Part shown: piece after piece, positions 33,010-42,300 of the stretch
Numbering within the stretch: position 1 is the stretch's first letter
How the letters are laid out: the number at the start of each line of letters is the position of its first letter
DNA from: an uncultured cyanobacterium
Lineage (GTDB): Bacteria > Cyanobacteriota > Cyanobacteriia > Cyanobacteriales > CAWCAG01
Direction: 5' to 3'
Length of the DNA stretch: 64,000 bases
Assembly: GCA_963803805.1 (NCBI GenBank)
Contig: CAWDOD010000002.1
Coordinates: forward strand, 160,001-224,000
Notes under the pieces: generated by a model
The model's database searches: none
Told to the model about the DNA's origin: nothing
The model's input: only the letters and a program-made list of their open reading frames with translations
Made by a program: the position numbers and the translations under genes

Positions 33010-33209
33010 TTCTACTCCCTCTTTAAGTACAGGTTCCAATCCTGGCAGAAGACTTTCCTGATGCTCTGACAGATTTTAAGCTTGACCTGATACTTTTATA
33101 CTAACTTCTTTCGCTTCTATCAAAGACAGTTTGAATACATTCCTCAACATACGGATTCGTGCAGCAAAATCAAGTCCATCTACAGATGCAATACGATAAA
33201 ATTTTTTTT
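33010..33209 (-). pseudogene. 5'-truncated remnant of a small immunity-like gene
   Basis: Hand translation KKFYRIASVDGLDFAARIRMLRNVFKLSLIEAKEVSIKVSGQA*NLSEHQESLLPGLEPVL; cut by the ISL3 end; in-frame TAA at 33076-33078. Confidence 0.5.
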
Positions 33210-34335
33210 GGTTCTACCGAACTTAAGATGTAAGATTAGCAATTGAAATGCCAAGTTAGAAAGATTCTGTGGCAAAAGTTGTCGAAGTTTCTAAACCCAT
33301 AAGCTCTCCTTTTAATCAACTTCAACTTGTTATTAATTCCTTCTACTACTCCTTGGGTTGTACCCCTATCAAAGTAGGCGATAATCTCTCCTATCCAACG
33401 CCTTATTGTCCCACAGCTTTTCGGGAAATACGAGTAAGCTTGAGCGCACCAATTGGCTATTGCCAATAATCCTTCACTCCAATTCTGGCTCTGTTCAAAT
33501 ATATTTCTAAATTCCTCTTTTAATCTGTGCATTCTTCCTCTATTTGGGATAATACCTCTTCTCCCCAGGCTTCCAGATATTGTGTTACTTCTTCTTGTGT
33601 TCGTTTTTCTACTATTCCTACTATGGTTCTTTTGTCTAAGTCTACTAAGACTACATAATAATTACCTTGCCCTTTGACTACTGCTATTTCATCAATACCT
33701 AATCTCTTTAAGTTCTGCGGCTTTCTTGAGGCTAATTCTGCTCCCATATCTTTGAGCATTGTTTCTATTTCTTGTTCGCTCAATCCGTTTCTTTGAGCAG
33801 TGTTTTTTAGGTCACTATTTAATACTTCTGCTACCACTTTTTTTTGAAATCTCTTTGTGTATGTCCTTTTTTTGGAGACATAATCTAGTTCTTCGTTGAA
33901 CTTCTTACCACATCTAGAGCATCTCATTTGGCGACGATTTATCTTGAGATATACTTGTTGAGTTCCCCAAGGTAAATCTCTTATGGTTAGCTGATTGTTT
34001 TGATGGAGTTTTTCTGTGGTTGCACCACAATTAGTGCAGGTAGCTTGTTTTTCTATTTTCTCTATGTGTAATACTATGCCTATGCCCTCTATGCACTGAT
34101 AATTATTTACCCTAACTCCTTCTAATTGAAGCAAGGAAGTCATGAGGTTTAGTTGAGGATTCGATGGCATTTGTATAAACTAAGTCTAAATACTGGTTTT
34201 ATTCTCATCTTTATTTAATCTTTGAATTCACCACAAAGCAACTCAGGCAGACTGTATAGCAACAAAACTATATATTTTGTATTTCAGTAGTTATCTGCTT
34301 ATCTTTCGTTTTTGCATTGCAAGTTCGGTAGAACC
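33210..34335 (-). mobile_element. ISL3-family element with internally deleted, split transposase (ORFs 33520-34170 and 33236-33532)
   Basis: Perfect 15-bp TIRs GGTTCTACCGAACTT / AAGTTCGGTAGAACC; zinc finger, [25 protein letters not shown]; flanks show no target duplication. Confidence 0.92.
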
Positions 34336-34426
34336 AAATATCACTAATATCAAATTCAAAAGGCTTTAATTCATAAATAAACTGATAAGATAACTTGCGG
34401 TTGTGATAAGGCATATTTTTCACCAA
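34336..34426 (-). pseudogene. 5' stub of a fourth WD40 gene, truncated by ISL3
   Basis: Near-identical to the start of 35145-36074 (MPYHNRKLSYQFIYELKPFEFDISDI). Confidence 0.85.
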
Positions 34427-34435
34427 TACTAATAA

Positions 34436-35128
34436 TTAACCAAATTCTGGCAGTTCAATAATATCTCTTGGTTTTTGGGCTAAGTTTTGCTGTTCTGGGG
34501 TTTGACTTGTTTCTGGCATTGGCTCATATCGGAGCCAAGTATCTAAGTCTGAAGGAGAAGTATTGTATTGTTCCGGTCTAACGTTACGAAGTCTGCTGTT
34601 AATGTTGACATTAAAATTCACAAATTCTTGCCGTAGTTCGTTTATGCTATTAACATTGAATCCATTTTGTTTGGCGAATTGCTCAGCTTCACTAGCTTTC
34701 TGCGCCTCATCCATTTCAAAGTATTTACCTTCTTCTTTTTTGATGAGAATTAGCTCATCGAATACCTTTTTCATTTTGTCAATTTCTTCTTGTATATCTG
34801 AAAATGCTGAGTTATATAAATTGAGATGCTCTTCTTTAAGTTTTCCTAATGCAAAATTAACCCTATCCATATATTTAGAACTTTTCCACAGGGCTTTACC
34901 CAAGGTTTTGCCTTCTGTTGCTTGTTCCATAGCAAAGCCTAACTGTTCATTGATAGATACTAGATATTCGTCAACCCCTAAAGGAACACCTAGTCTAAGC
35001 TGCTGAGTTAGTACAACGTGTTCAGCAGCAGGGCCTGTATGGTAAGCTTCGTTGGAGAAGAAGAGGGCTTTGCTTTGTAGTTCATTTAATTGCAAAGTTA
35101 GCTGGTCTATTTCAGCAGATAACTCCTC
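34436..35128 (-). CDS. Orphan toxin C-terminal cassette 3
   Basis: Homologous to the last ~230 aa of 39380-43408, from EELSAEIDQLTLQLNELQSKALFFSNEAYHTG to IIELPEFG; in-frame TAA just upstream; no ATG at the junction. Confidence 0.85.
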   Translation of the reverse strand, partial: EELSAEIDQLTLQLNELQSKALFFSNEAYHTGPAAEHVVLTQQLRLGVPLGVDEYLVSINEQLGFAMEQATEGKTLGKALWKSSKYMDRVNFALGKLKEEHLNLYNSAFSDIQEEIDKMKKVFDELILIKKEEGKYFEMDEAQKASEAEQFAKQNGFNVNSINELRQEFVNFNVNINSRLRNVRPEQYNTSPSDLDTWLRYEPMPETSQTPEQQNLAQKPRDIIELPEFG

Positions 35129-35144
35129 TTAGCACAGGAATATA

Positions 35145-36074
35145 TCAAGACAAACTCACACGCCATACCTTAATATTCTTATCACTGTCGTAACTAGCCA
35201 AAAACCTACCATCTCCACTCCAAGCTACTCCGTAAACCCTGCCAGTATGACCTTCTATGGTTCCCAAGAGTTGAGCATTGCTGACATTCCAGAATTTGAT
35301 TAGTTTGTCTTTACTGCAACTGACCAAAGTTTGGCCATCATCACTAAAAGCTATGGATTTGACATTATCACCATGGGCTTGAATAGTTAGTAATTCTCTA
35401 TAGGTTTGCCAGTCCCAAAATATGATGCGCCCGTAATGAAGTCCCGCAGCACAGGTTTTTCCATCTTTGGTGATGGCAACAGTAGCAACACAGTCAGATA
35501 AATCCTTAATACTATGTCGAGGGCGACTACTAGGAATGTCAGAGAATTCTACATAGTTAATGTCGCTAGCGATAATATGTCCATTGGGGCTAATGTCAAG
35601 ACGATAACCCATAGTATTTGTGCCTGAAGAACGCTCTCCTGTGAGGATATTCCAAGTATCTGTCTGAGCGCTTCCTCCACTGATGAGGGTTACATTATCA
35701 GTACAGAAGGCTACTGATGTGTAGTCATGTTCAAACTCTGTGATGTATTTCAAAAAGCGTAGATGTTCACCTGTTTGTAGGTTCCACACGTGCAGGGAAT
35801 ACTTTTTGCAAGCTCCTGCTAGAAATTGACCATTGGGGCTGATTGCTAGAGAGTTTAGTGCGCCTGAACTAAGCCCAACAGGTCGCTTCTTGAGATTTTT
35901 GATTAGTCGTCCTGTTGAGAGTTCAAAAAGCTTAACGACGATTCCTTCGCTACTAGCTAAAATTTGACTGTTAGGAGTAATGGCAATATCACTAATATCA
36001 AATTCAAAAGGCTTCAATTCATAAATAAACTGGTAAGATAACTTGCGGTTGTGATAAGGCATATTTTTTACCAA
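35145..36074 (-). CDS. WD40-repeat protein 3 (candidate immunity protein)
   Basis: GH...V..VAW/FS.DG..L.S...DK.IK.W repeats; ~310 aa, single propeller. Confidence 0.9.
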   Translation of the reverse strand: MVKNMPYHNRKLSYQFIYELKPFEFDISDIAITPNSQILASSEGIVVKLFELSTGRLIKNLKKRPVGLSSGALNSLAISPNGQFLAGACKKYSLHVWNLQTGEHLRFLKYITEFEHDYTSVAFCTDNVTLISGGSAQTDTWNILTGERSSGTNTMGYRLDISPNGHIIASDINYVEFSDIPSSRPRHSIKDLSDCVATVAITKDGKTCAAGLHYGRIIFWDWQTYRELLTIQAHGDNVKSIAFSDDGQTLVSCSKDKLIKFWNVSNAQLLGTIEGHTGRVYGVAWSGDGRFLASYDSDKNIKVWRVSLS

Positions 36075-36083
36075 TACTAATAA

Positions 36084-36779
36084 TTAACCAAATTCTGGCA
36101 GTTCAATAATATCTCTTGGTTTTTGGGCTAAGTTTTGCTGTTCTGGGGTTTGACTTGTTTCTGGCATCGGCTCATATCGGAGCCAAGTGTCTAAGTCTGA
36201 AGGAAAAGTATTATATTCTTCCGGTCTAACGTTACGAAGTCTGCTGTTAATGTTGACATTAAAATTCACAAATTCTTGCCGTAGTTCGTTTATACTATTG
36301 ACACCAAACCTTTTCTCACTGGCTACTAGCAGGGCTGTATCAGCTTTTTGTTGCTCACTCATACCAAAGTAGTCACCTTTTTCTTTCTTGATGAGAACTA
36401 GCTCATTGAACAGCTTTTTCATTTTTTCAATCTCTGCTCGAACATCTGAATCAAATGCTGAGTTAAACAAGTCTGGATATTTTTCTTTAATTTGTTGCAA
36501 GGCAAAGTTGACTCGCTCCATATATTTAGCACTCTTCCAAAGAGCTTTACCCAAGCCTTTACTTTCTGTTGCTTGTTCCATGGCAAAGCCTAGTTGTTCA
36601 TTGATAGATACTAGATATTCGTCAACCCCTAAAGGAACACCTAGTCTAAGCTGCTGAGTTAGTACAACGTGTTCAGCAGCAGGGCCTGTATGGTATGCTT
36701 CGTTGGAGAAGAAGAGGGCTTTGCTTTGTAGTTCATTTAATTGCAAAGTTAGCTGGTCTATTTCAGCAGATAACTCCTC
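36084..36779 (-). CDS. Orphan toxin C-terminal cassette 2
   Basis: Same junction and terminus as the other cassettes, divergent centre. Confidence 0.85.
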   Translation of the reverse strand, partial: EELSAEIDQLTLQLNELQSKALFFSNEAYHTGPAAEHVVLTQQLRLGVPLGVDEYLVSINEQLGFAMEQATESKGLGKALWKSAKYMERVNFALQQIKEKYPDLFNSAFDSDVRAEIEKMKKLFNELVLIKKEKGDYFGMSEQQKADTALLVASEKRFGVNSINELRQEFVNFNVNINSRLRNVRPEEYNTFPSDLDTWLRYEPMPETSQTPEQQNLAQKPRDIIELPEFG

Positions 36780-36795
36780 TTAGCACAGGAATATA

Positions 36796-37710
36796 TCAAG
36801 ACAAACTCACACGCCATACCTTAATATTCTTATCACTGTCGTAACTAGCCAAAAACTTACCATCCCGACTCCAAGCTACTCCGTAAACCCTGCCACTATG
36901 ACCTTCTATGCTTCCCAAGAGTTGACCATTGCTTACATTCCAGAATTTGATTAGTTTGTCTTTACTGCAACTGACTAAAGTTTGGCCATCATCACTAAAA
37001 GCTATAGATTTGACATTACTTGTATGAGCGTTGATAGTAAGTAGTTCTGCATAAGTTTGCCAGTCCCAGAATATGATGCGTCCATCATGAAGTCCCCCAG
37101 CACAGGTCTTACCGTCTTTAGTTATGGCAACCGTGGCAACACAAGACAACAACTTTTCAATACGATGTGGGGGACGACTACGAGGGATATCAGAGAATTC
37201 TACTCGACCAAGATCACCAACGATGATATGACCATTGGGGCTAAGGGCAAGACTGCGACCTAATGTATTTGTGCCAACAGAACGCTCCCCTGTATGAATA
37301 TTCCAAGTATCTGTCTGAGCACTCCCCCCACTGATGAGAGTTACGTTATCAGCACAAAAGGCTACTGATGTGTAGTCATGTTCAAACTCTGTGATGTACT
37401 GTAAACAATCTAGATGCTTTCTACTCTGTAAATCCCATAAATCTATTGAATACTCTCCACAGGCTTGAGCTAGTATTTGACCATTCGGACTGATGGCTAG
37501 AGCATTACATAAACCTTCACCTTGGTTGTCTATTTCTTCAAGAAATCCCCCTGTGTCTAATCTCCAAAGTTTAACAGTTACACTATCTGTAGTAAAAAGA
37601 GTGCGACTATCTGGACTAATAATTATATCCCTGATACTAAATTCAGAATGTCTCAATTCATAAATATACTGGTAGGATAGCTTACGGTTTTGCTCAGACA
37701 TATTTTTCAC
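36796..37710 (-). CDS. WD40-repeat protein 2 (candidate immunity protein)
   Basis: Paralogue of the neighbouring WD40 genes with a divergent N-terminal third. Confidence 0.9.
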   Translation of the reverse strand: MKNMSEQNRKLSYQYIYELRHSEFSIRDIIISPDSRTLFTTDSVTVKLWRLDTGGFLEEIDNQGEGLCNALAISPNGQILAQACGEYSIDLWDLQSRKHLDCLQYITEFEHDYTSVAFCADNVTLISGGSAQTDTWNIHTGERSVGTNTLGRSLALSPNGHIIVGDLGRVEFSDIPRSRPPHRIEKLLSCVATVAITKDGKTCAGGLHDGRIIFWDWQTYAELLTINAHTSNVKSIAFSDDGQTLVSCSKDKLIKFWNVSNGQLLGSIEGHSGRVYGVAWSRDGKFLASYDSDKNIKVWRVSLS

Positions 37711-37718
37711 TGTGATAG

Positions 37719-38410
37719 TTAACCAAACTCTGGTAATTCAATAATATTTCTTGGTTTTTGGGCTAAGTTTTTTGACTCTGGGATTTGACTTGTTTCTGGA
37801 ACTGGCTCGTACCCAGGCCAAGTATTTAAGCTTGAAGGATCAGTTTCATATTCCTCTGGTCTAGCATTACGAAGTTGGCTGTTGATTTTTACATTGAAAT
37901 CCATAAATTCTTCCCGTAGTTGTTTTATGCTTTCAACATTAAATTCTTGTTCCTTGGCTACTTGCTTAGCCGCATCACCTTTCTGTTGCTCATCCATCCC
38001 ATAGTATTCACCTTTTTCTTTTTTGATAAGAATTAGCTTATCAAACACCTTTTTCATTTTGTCAATTTCTTCTTGTATATCTGAAAATGCTGAGTTATAT
38101 AAATTGGGATGCTCTTCTTTAATTTTTGCCAAAGCAAAATTAACCCTATCCATATATTTAGAACTTTTCCACAGGGCTTTACCCAAGGTTTTGCCTTCTG
38201 TTGCTTGTTCCATAGCAAAGCCTAACTGTTCATTGATAGATACTAGATATTCGTCAACCCCTAAAGGAACACCTAGTCTAAGCTGCTGAGTTAGTACCAC
38301 GTGTTCAGCCGCAGGTCCTGTATGGTATGCTTCGTTGGAGAAGAAGAGGGCTTGCTTTGTAGTTCATTTAATTGCAAAGTTAGCTGGTCTATTTCAGCAG
38401 ATAACTCCTC
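37719..38410 (-). CDS. Orphan toxin C-terminal cassette 1 (1-nt deletion near 38352)
   Basis: GGGCTTGCTTTG here versus GGGCTTTGCTTTG in the sister copies; otherwise homologous. Confidence 0.8.
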
Positions 38411-38426
38411 TTAGCACAGGAATCTG

Positions 38427-39383
38427 TCAAGATAGACTAATACGCCATACTTTAATGTTCTTATCACTATCGTAACTAGCCAAAAACCTACCATCTCCAC
38501 TCCAAGCTACTCCGTAAACTCTGCCACTATGGCCCTCTATAGTTCCCAAGAGTTGACCGTTACTGACATTCCAGAATTTGATTAGTTTGTCATCGCCAGC
38601 ACTGACAAGAGTTTTACCGTCATTACTAAAGGCGATAGAACCAGTCACACCTGCGTGAGCATTTACGGTGAGTAGTTCCCTGTAAGTTTGCCAGTTCCAA
38701 AATATTATGCGTCCGTCATAAATTCCTCCAGCACAGGTTTTACCATCTTTAGTGATAGCAACAGTGCCTACACAAGCTGATGAACCTTGAAAGCGGTCGA
38801 TTTTAAGACTATGAGGGGAGCGAGTACGAGGAAGATCAGAGAACTCTACTCGGCTAATATCACTAGCGATAATATGCCCATTGGGGCTAATGGTAAGACG
38901 ATAACCCATCGTGTTTGTACCTGAAGAACGCTCTCCTGTGAGGATATTCCAAGTATCTGTCCTAGTTCTAGCTCCACTGATGAGGGTTAGGTTATCAGCA
39001 CAAAAGGCTACTGATGTGTAGTCATGTTCAAACTCTGTGATGTATTTTAAAAAACGCAGATGCTCACCTGTTAGTAGGTTCCACACGTGAAGAGAATATT
39101 TTTTGCAAGCTCCGGCTAAAAATTGACCATTGGGGCTGATTGCCAAAGAATTTAGTAGACCTGAACTAGCTCCCACAGCTCGCTTCTTAAGAGTTTTTGT
39201 TAGTCGTCCTGTTGAGAGTTCAAAAAGCTTTACAACAATTCCCTCACTACTAGCTAGAATATGCCCATTGGGACTAATGGTAATATCACTAATGTCAAAT
39301 TCAAAAGGCTTCAATTCATAAACACACTGGTAGGATAAATTACTGTTGTGATAAGACATATTTTTCACCATGCTAAAAATCAA
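38427..39383 (-). CDS. WD40-repeat protein 1 (candidate cognate immunity of the 1342-aa toxin)
   Basis: WD40 repeats; directly follows/overlaps the stop of 39380-43408. Confidence 0.9.
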   Translation of the reverse strand: MIFSMVKNMSYHNSNLSYQCVYELKPFEFDISDITISPNGHILASSEGIVVKLFELSTGRLTKTLKKRAVGASSGLLNSLAISPNGQFLAGACKKYSLHVWNLLTGEHLRFLKYITEFEHDYTSVAFCADNLTLISGARTRTDTWNILTGERSSGTNTMGYRLTISPNGHIIASDISRVEFSDLPRTRSPHSLKIDRFQGSSACVGTVAITKDGKTCAGGIYDGRIIFWNWQTYRELLTVNAHAGVTGSIAFSNDGKTLVSAGDDKLIKFWNVSNGQLLGTIEGHSGRVYGVAWSGDGRFLASYDSDKNIKVWRISLS

Positions 39384-42300
39384 CCAAACTCTGGTAATTC
39401 AATAATATTTCTCGGTTTTTGGGCTAAGTTTTGCTGTTCTGGAGTTTGACTTGTTTCTGGGATTGGTTCATATCTGAGCCAAGTATCCAACTCAGAAGGA
39501 GAAGTATCATACTGCCCTTGTCTAGCGTTACGAAGTTGGCTATTAATTTTCACATTAAAGTCTACAAACCTTTGTCGTAGTTGTTCTATACTACTAACAC
39601 CAAATCCTTGGTTATTAGCTTCTTGTTCAGCAGCATCGCCTTTCTGTTTCTCACTCATTTCAAAGTATTTACCTTTTTCTTTCTTAATGAGGATTAGCTC
39701 ATCAAATAAATCTTTCATTTTCTTAATCTCTGCTTGAGTATCTGAGTCAAATACTGGGTCATATGAGTCTGAATATTTTTCTTTGATTTTTGCTAAGGCA
39801 TTGTTAACCCTGTCCATATATTTAGAACTCTTCCACAGGGCTTTACCCAAGGTTTTACCTTCTGTTGCTTGCTCCATAGCAAAGCCTAATTGTTCATTGA
39901 TAGAGACTAGGTATTCATCTACCTCTAAAGGAACACGTAACTGAAGTTGTTGTCCCAATACCACGTGTTCAGCAGCAGGGCCTGTATGATATGCTTCGTT
40001 GGAGAAAAAGAGGGCTTTGCTTTGTAGTTCATTTAATTGCAGGGTGAGCTGGTCTATTTCAGCAGATAACTCCTCCGGAACCACATCAGCATCATAATTA
40101 CTTCTGCTATCCCTCAATTCCTCTAACCTTTCTCGTATTTCCTGACCTTCAACAAGATACTTCTCGTAGAGTCGATTGTAAGCTTCTAGCTCCGCATCTT
40201 CATTAACTGCTTTGATTTTTGCTGGATCTGTTTCAGGAGCATTGTTACTATCGCGTACCTGAATTTCCCCCGCCTTTCTGGTTTGGTTTAGTTGAACAAT
40301 AGTCTCGTTTAATTTATCTATAGCCCTACCATAAGTCTCATCAACTTTATCCAAACGCGCTTCTGTTACATCCCTCAAATCTGGATTGACATTTTCTAAC
40401 AATTGGTTTTTATACCGTAACCATTCCTCAGCACTCATATTTCTGCGTTGTTTCAGTAGCGCCATAACTTCTTGGTCTGCAAGAATTTGCCTTTGAGCTT
40501 CTGGGCTAACCCTGTTTTTGACCCTCTCTACCTCGACTTCTTGGACTAACCGTTTTCTTACTTCCTCTACTTGCTCACCAATTTCCTCAGCATCAAGCTG
40601 GTTAATATCTTCTGGTAGTTTTTGGTCAATTGCCAATTGTGCTTCGCTATTCTCTGATCTCAAATCATTAATTTCTTTAACCTTTGCCCTTATTTTCTCT
40701 TCCCGAACGGGCAGAAGCTCCTCCATTTCTTCGATTTCTTTAGCTAACTCCCTGTAAGGAGGGCTTCCTTCGGGTATTCCTATTTCAGGCATTTCTGCCA
40801 ATTCTAGTCGTTTCTCTGCTAAGTCTGTCGGTAACTTCAAGTACTCTTCCAACTTCCGTAAAGCTATCACTTCCTTAAGCCGATTACCCATAGCGCTACT
40901 GGGCATATGACCTGTGGTATAAACATTGGTATCAAAGACTGTACCAGACTCCTTACCAAACTCATTGCGGAACTGCCGATTAAATTCAATTACAGCTTCA
41001 ACCTCCACACTCTTAGCTCCAGAGAAAGTTACATCATAGTCAGATGTTGGTTGTTCACTACCCGCAGCAACAGGATCAAATTCTTGGGCAGAAGGTCTGT
41101 TTCTAGCGTTGATAAGACTTACTGCTTGTCCATACATTCTGTCAAAAGTTTTCTTACGGAATCTGGTTAACTGCAACATCAATTTTTCGTTGCGGCCTTC
41201 GGTGTATACCTGTTTTAGAATTGTTTTCCAATCATTGTCAAAGTGATCCATATAGGCTCTTAACTCAACATCAGAGAGCCTTTCCCTGTTTGTAGTAACG
41301 TCTATTCTGTCCCTAAAAAACCCTCGGTCGTTGTCTTTTACGGCTGTGATTAGACGACCTAACGTTTCCTCATTGCGTAAATTGTTAAGTTCAGTTGGTG
41401 TTAGTTCCAGAACTCCATTAATTTCCACAAATTTGCTGTCACTACCAACTTCAAAAGTCTCATCAGGATACTCTTGGCTAAGCCTGGTGATAGTTTGATT
41501 GTCTACTAAGTTTTCTTGGTTAACTGTTGATGCTTCTGAGCCTGGTTGTTGACCTGTTTCAACACCAACTACTGTATCTCCTGTTGCTGATGTGTTTTCT
41601 TGGTTAGCCGTAGATGTTCCTGAATCTGGTACTTCCTGTGATTGATCACCAACTTCTGTATCCTCTGTTAAATCTTGGTTGGTTGTTCCTGAGTCTGGTG
41701 TATTTCCTGATTGATCACCGACTCCTGTATTTCCCTCTATTTCTGGTGTGTTTCCTTGGTTGTCTGTTACTGTTTCTGAGCTTAGTTGTTGATCTGTTTC
41801 AACAACTCCTGCATCCCCTGTTTGTGAGTTTAAATCTCCTTGGTTAGCCGTTGAATCTTGGTTAGCTGTTCCTGAGCCTGGTTGTGCATCTGTTTCAACA
41901 CTAACTCCTGTATTTGCCTCTGTTCCTGGTGTGTTTCCTTGATTGCCTGTTACTGTTCCTGAGCTTGATGAATTAGGGTTAGGGCCTCCGTTCAGTTCTC
42001 TTCTTGCTCCAGCAGCACCCAATGCTAAAAAGCCACCCGTAACCGCCAAACTAGATAGTATTCTCAATATCTGTCCAAATTTTTCATTCCTAGATGACTC
42101 AGAATCAAGAATCTTCTCAATCTGATTACCTGCTTCCACTGTAATTATTACAGTAGCCCCTGCATCAAGAGCCACTGGAGTAATAGTCAGAAACTTCTCG
42201 ATATTTCTAATCCGGAAGTTATCACCTTGGCTTATTGCTCGTATCGCCAAAAGACCATCTAATAAACCGGAAACAATTCCCAAAACATCGATAGTAATGT

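Larger units (their letters stand above)
34336..40075 (-). repeat. Tandem array of ~1.65-kb [toxin C-terminus + WD40] units
   Basis: Same junction sequence at 35128, 36779, 38410 and 40075 (spacings 1651, 1631, 1665 bp). Confidence 0.93.

Noticed and set aside
34563-38289. Repeated plus-strand ORFs ending TPKGTPSLSC (34563, 36388, 38023)
   Set aside because: Antisense shadows of the repeated toxin cassettes
34336-40075. Diversity-generating retroelement or CRISPR-like explanation for the repeats
   Set aside because: No reverse transcriptase or cas gene seen; units are 1.65-kb coding duplications with block-wise, not adenine-specific, variation
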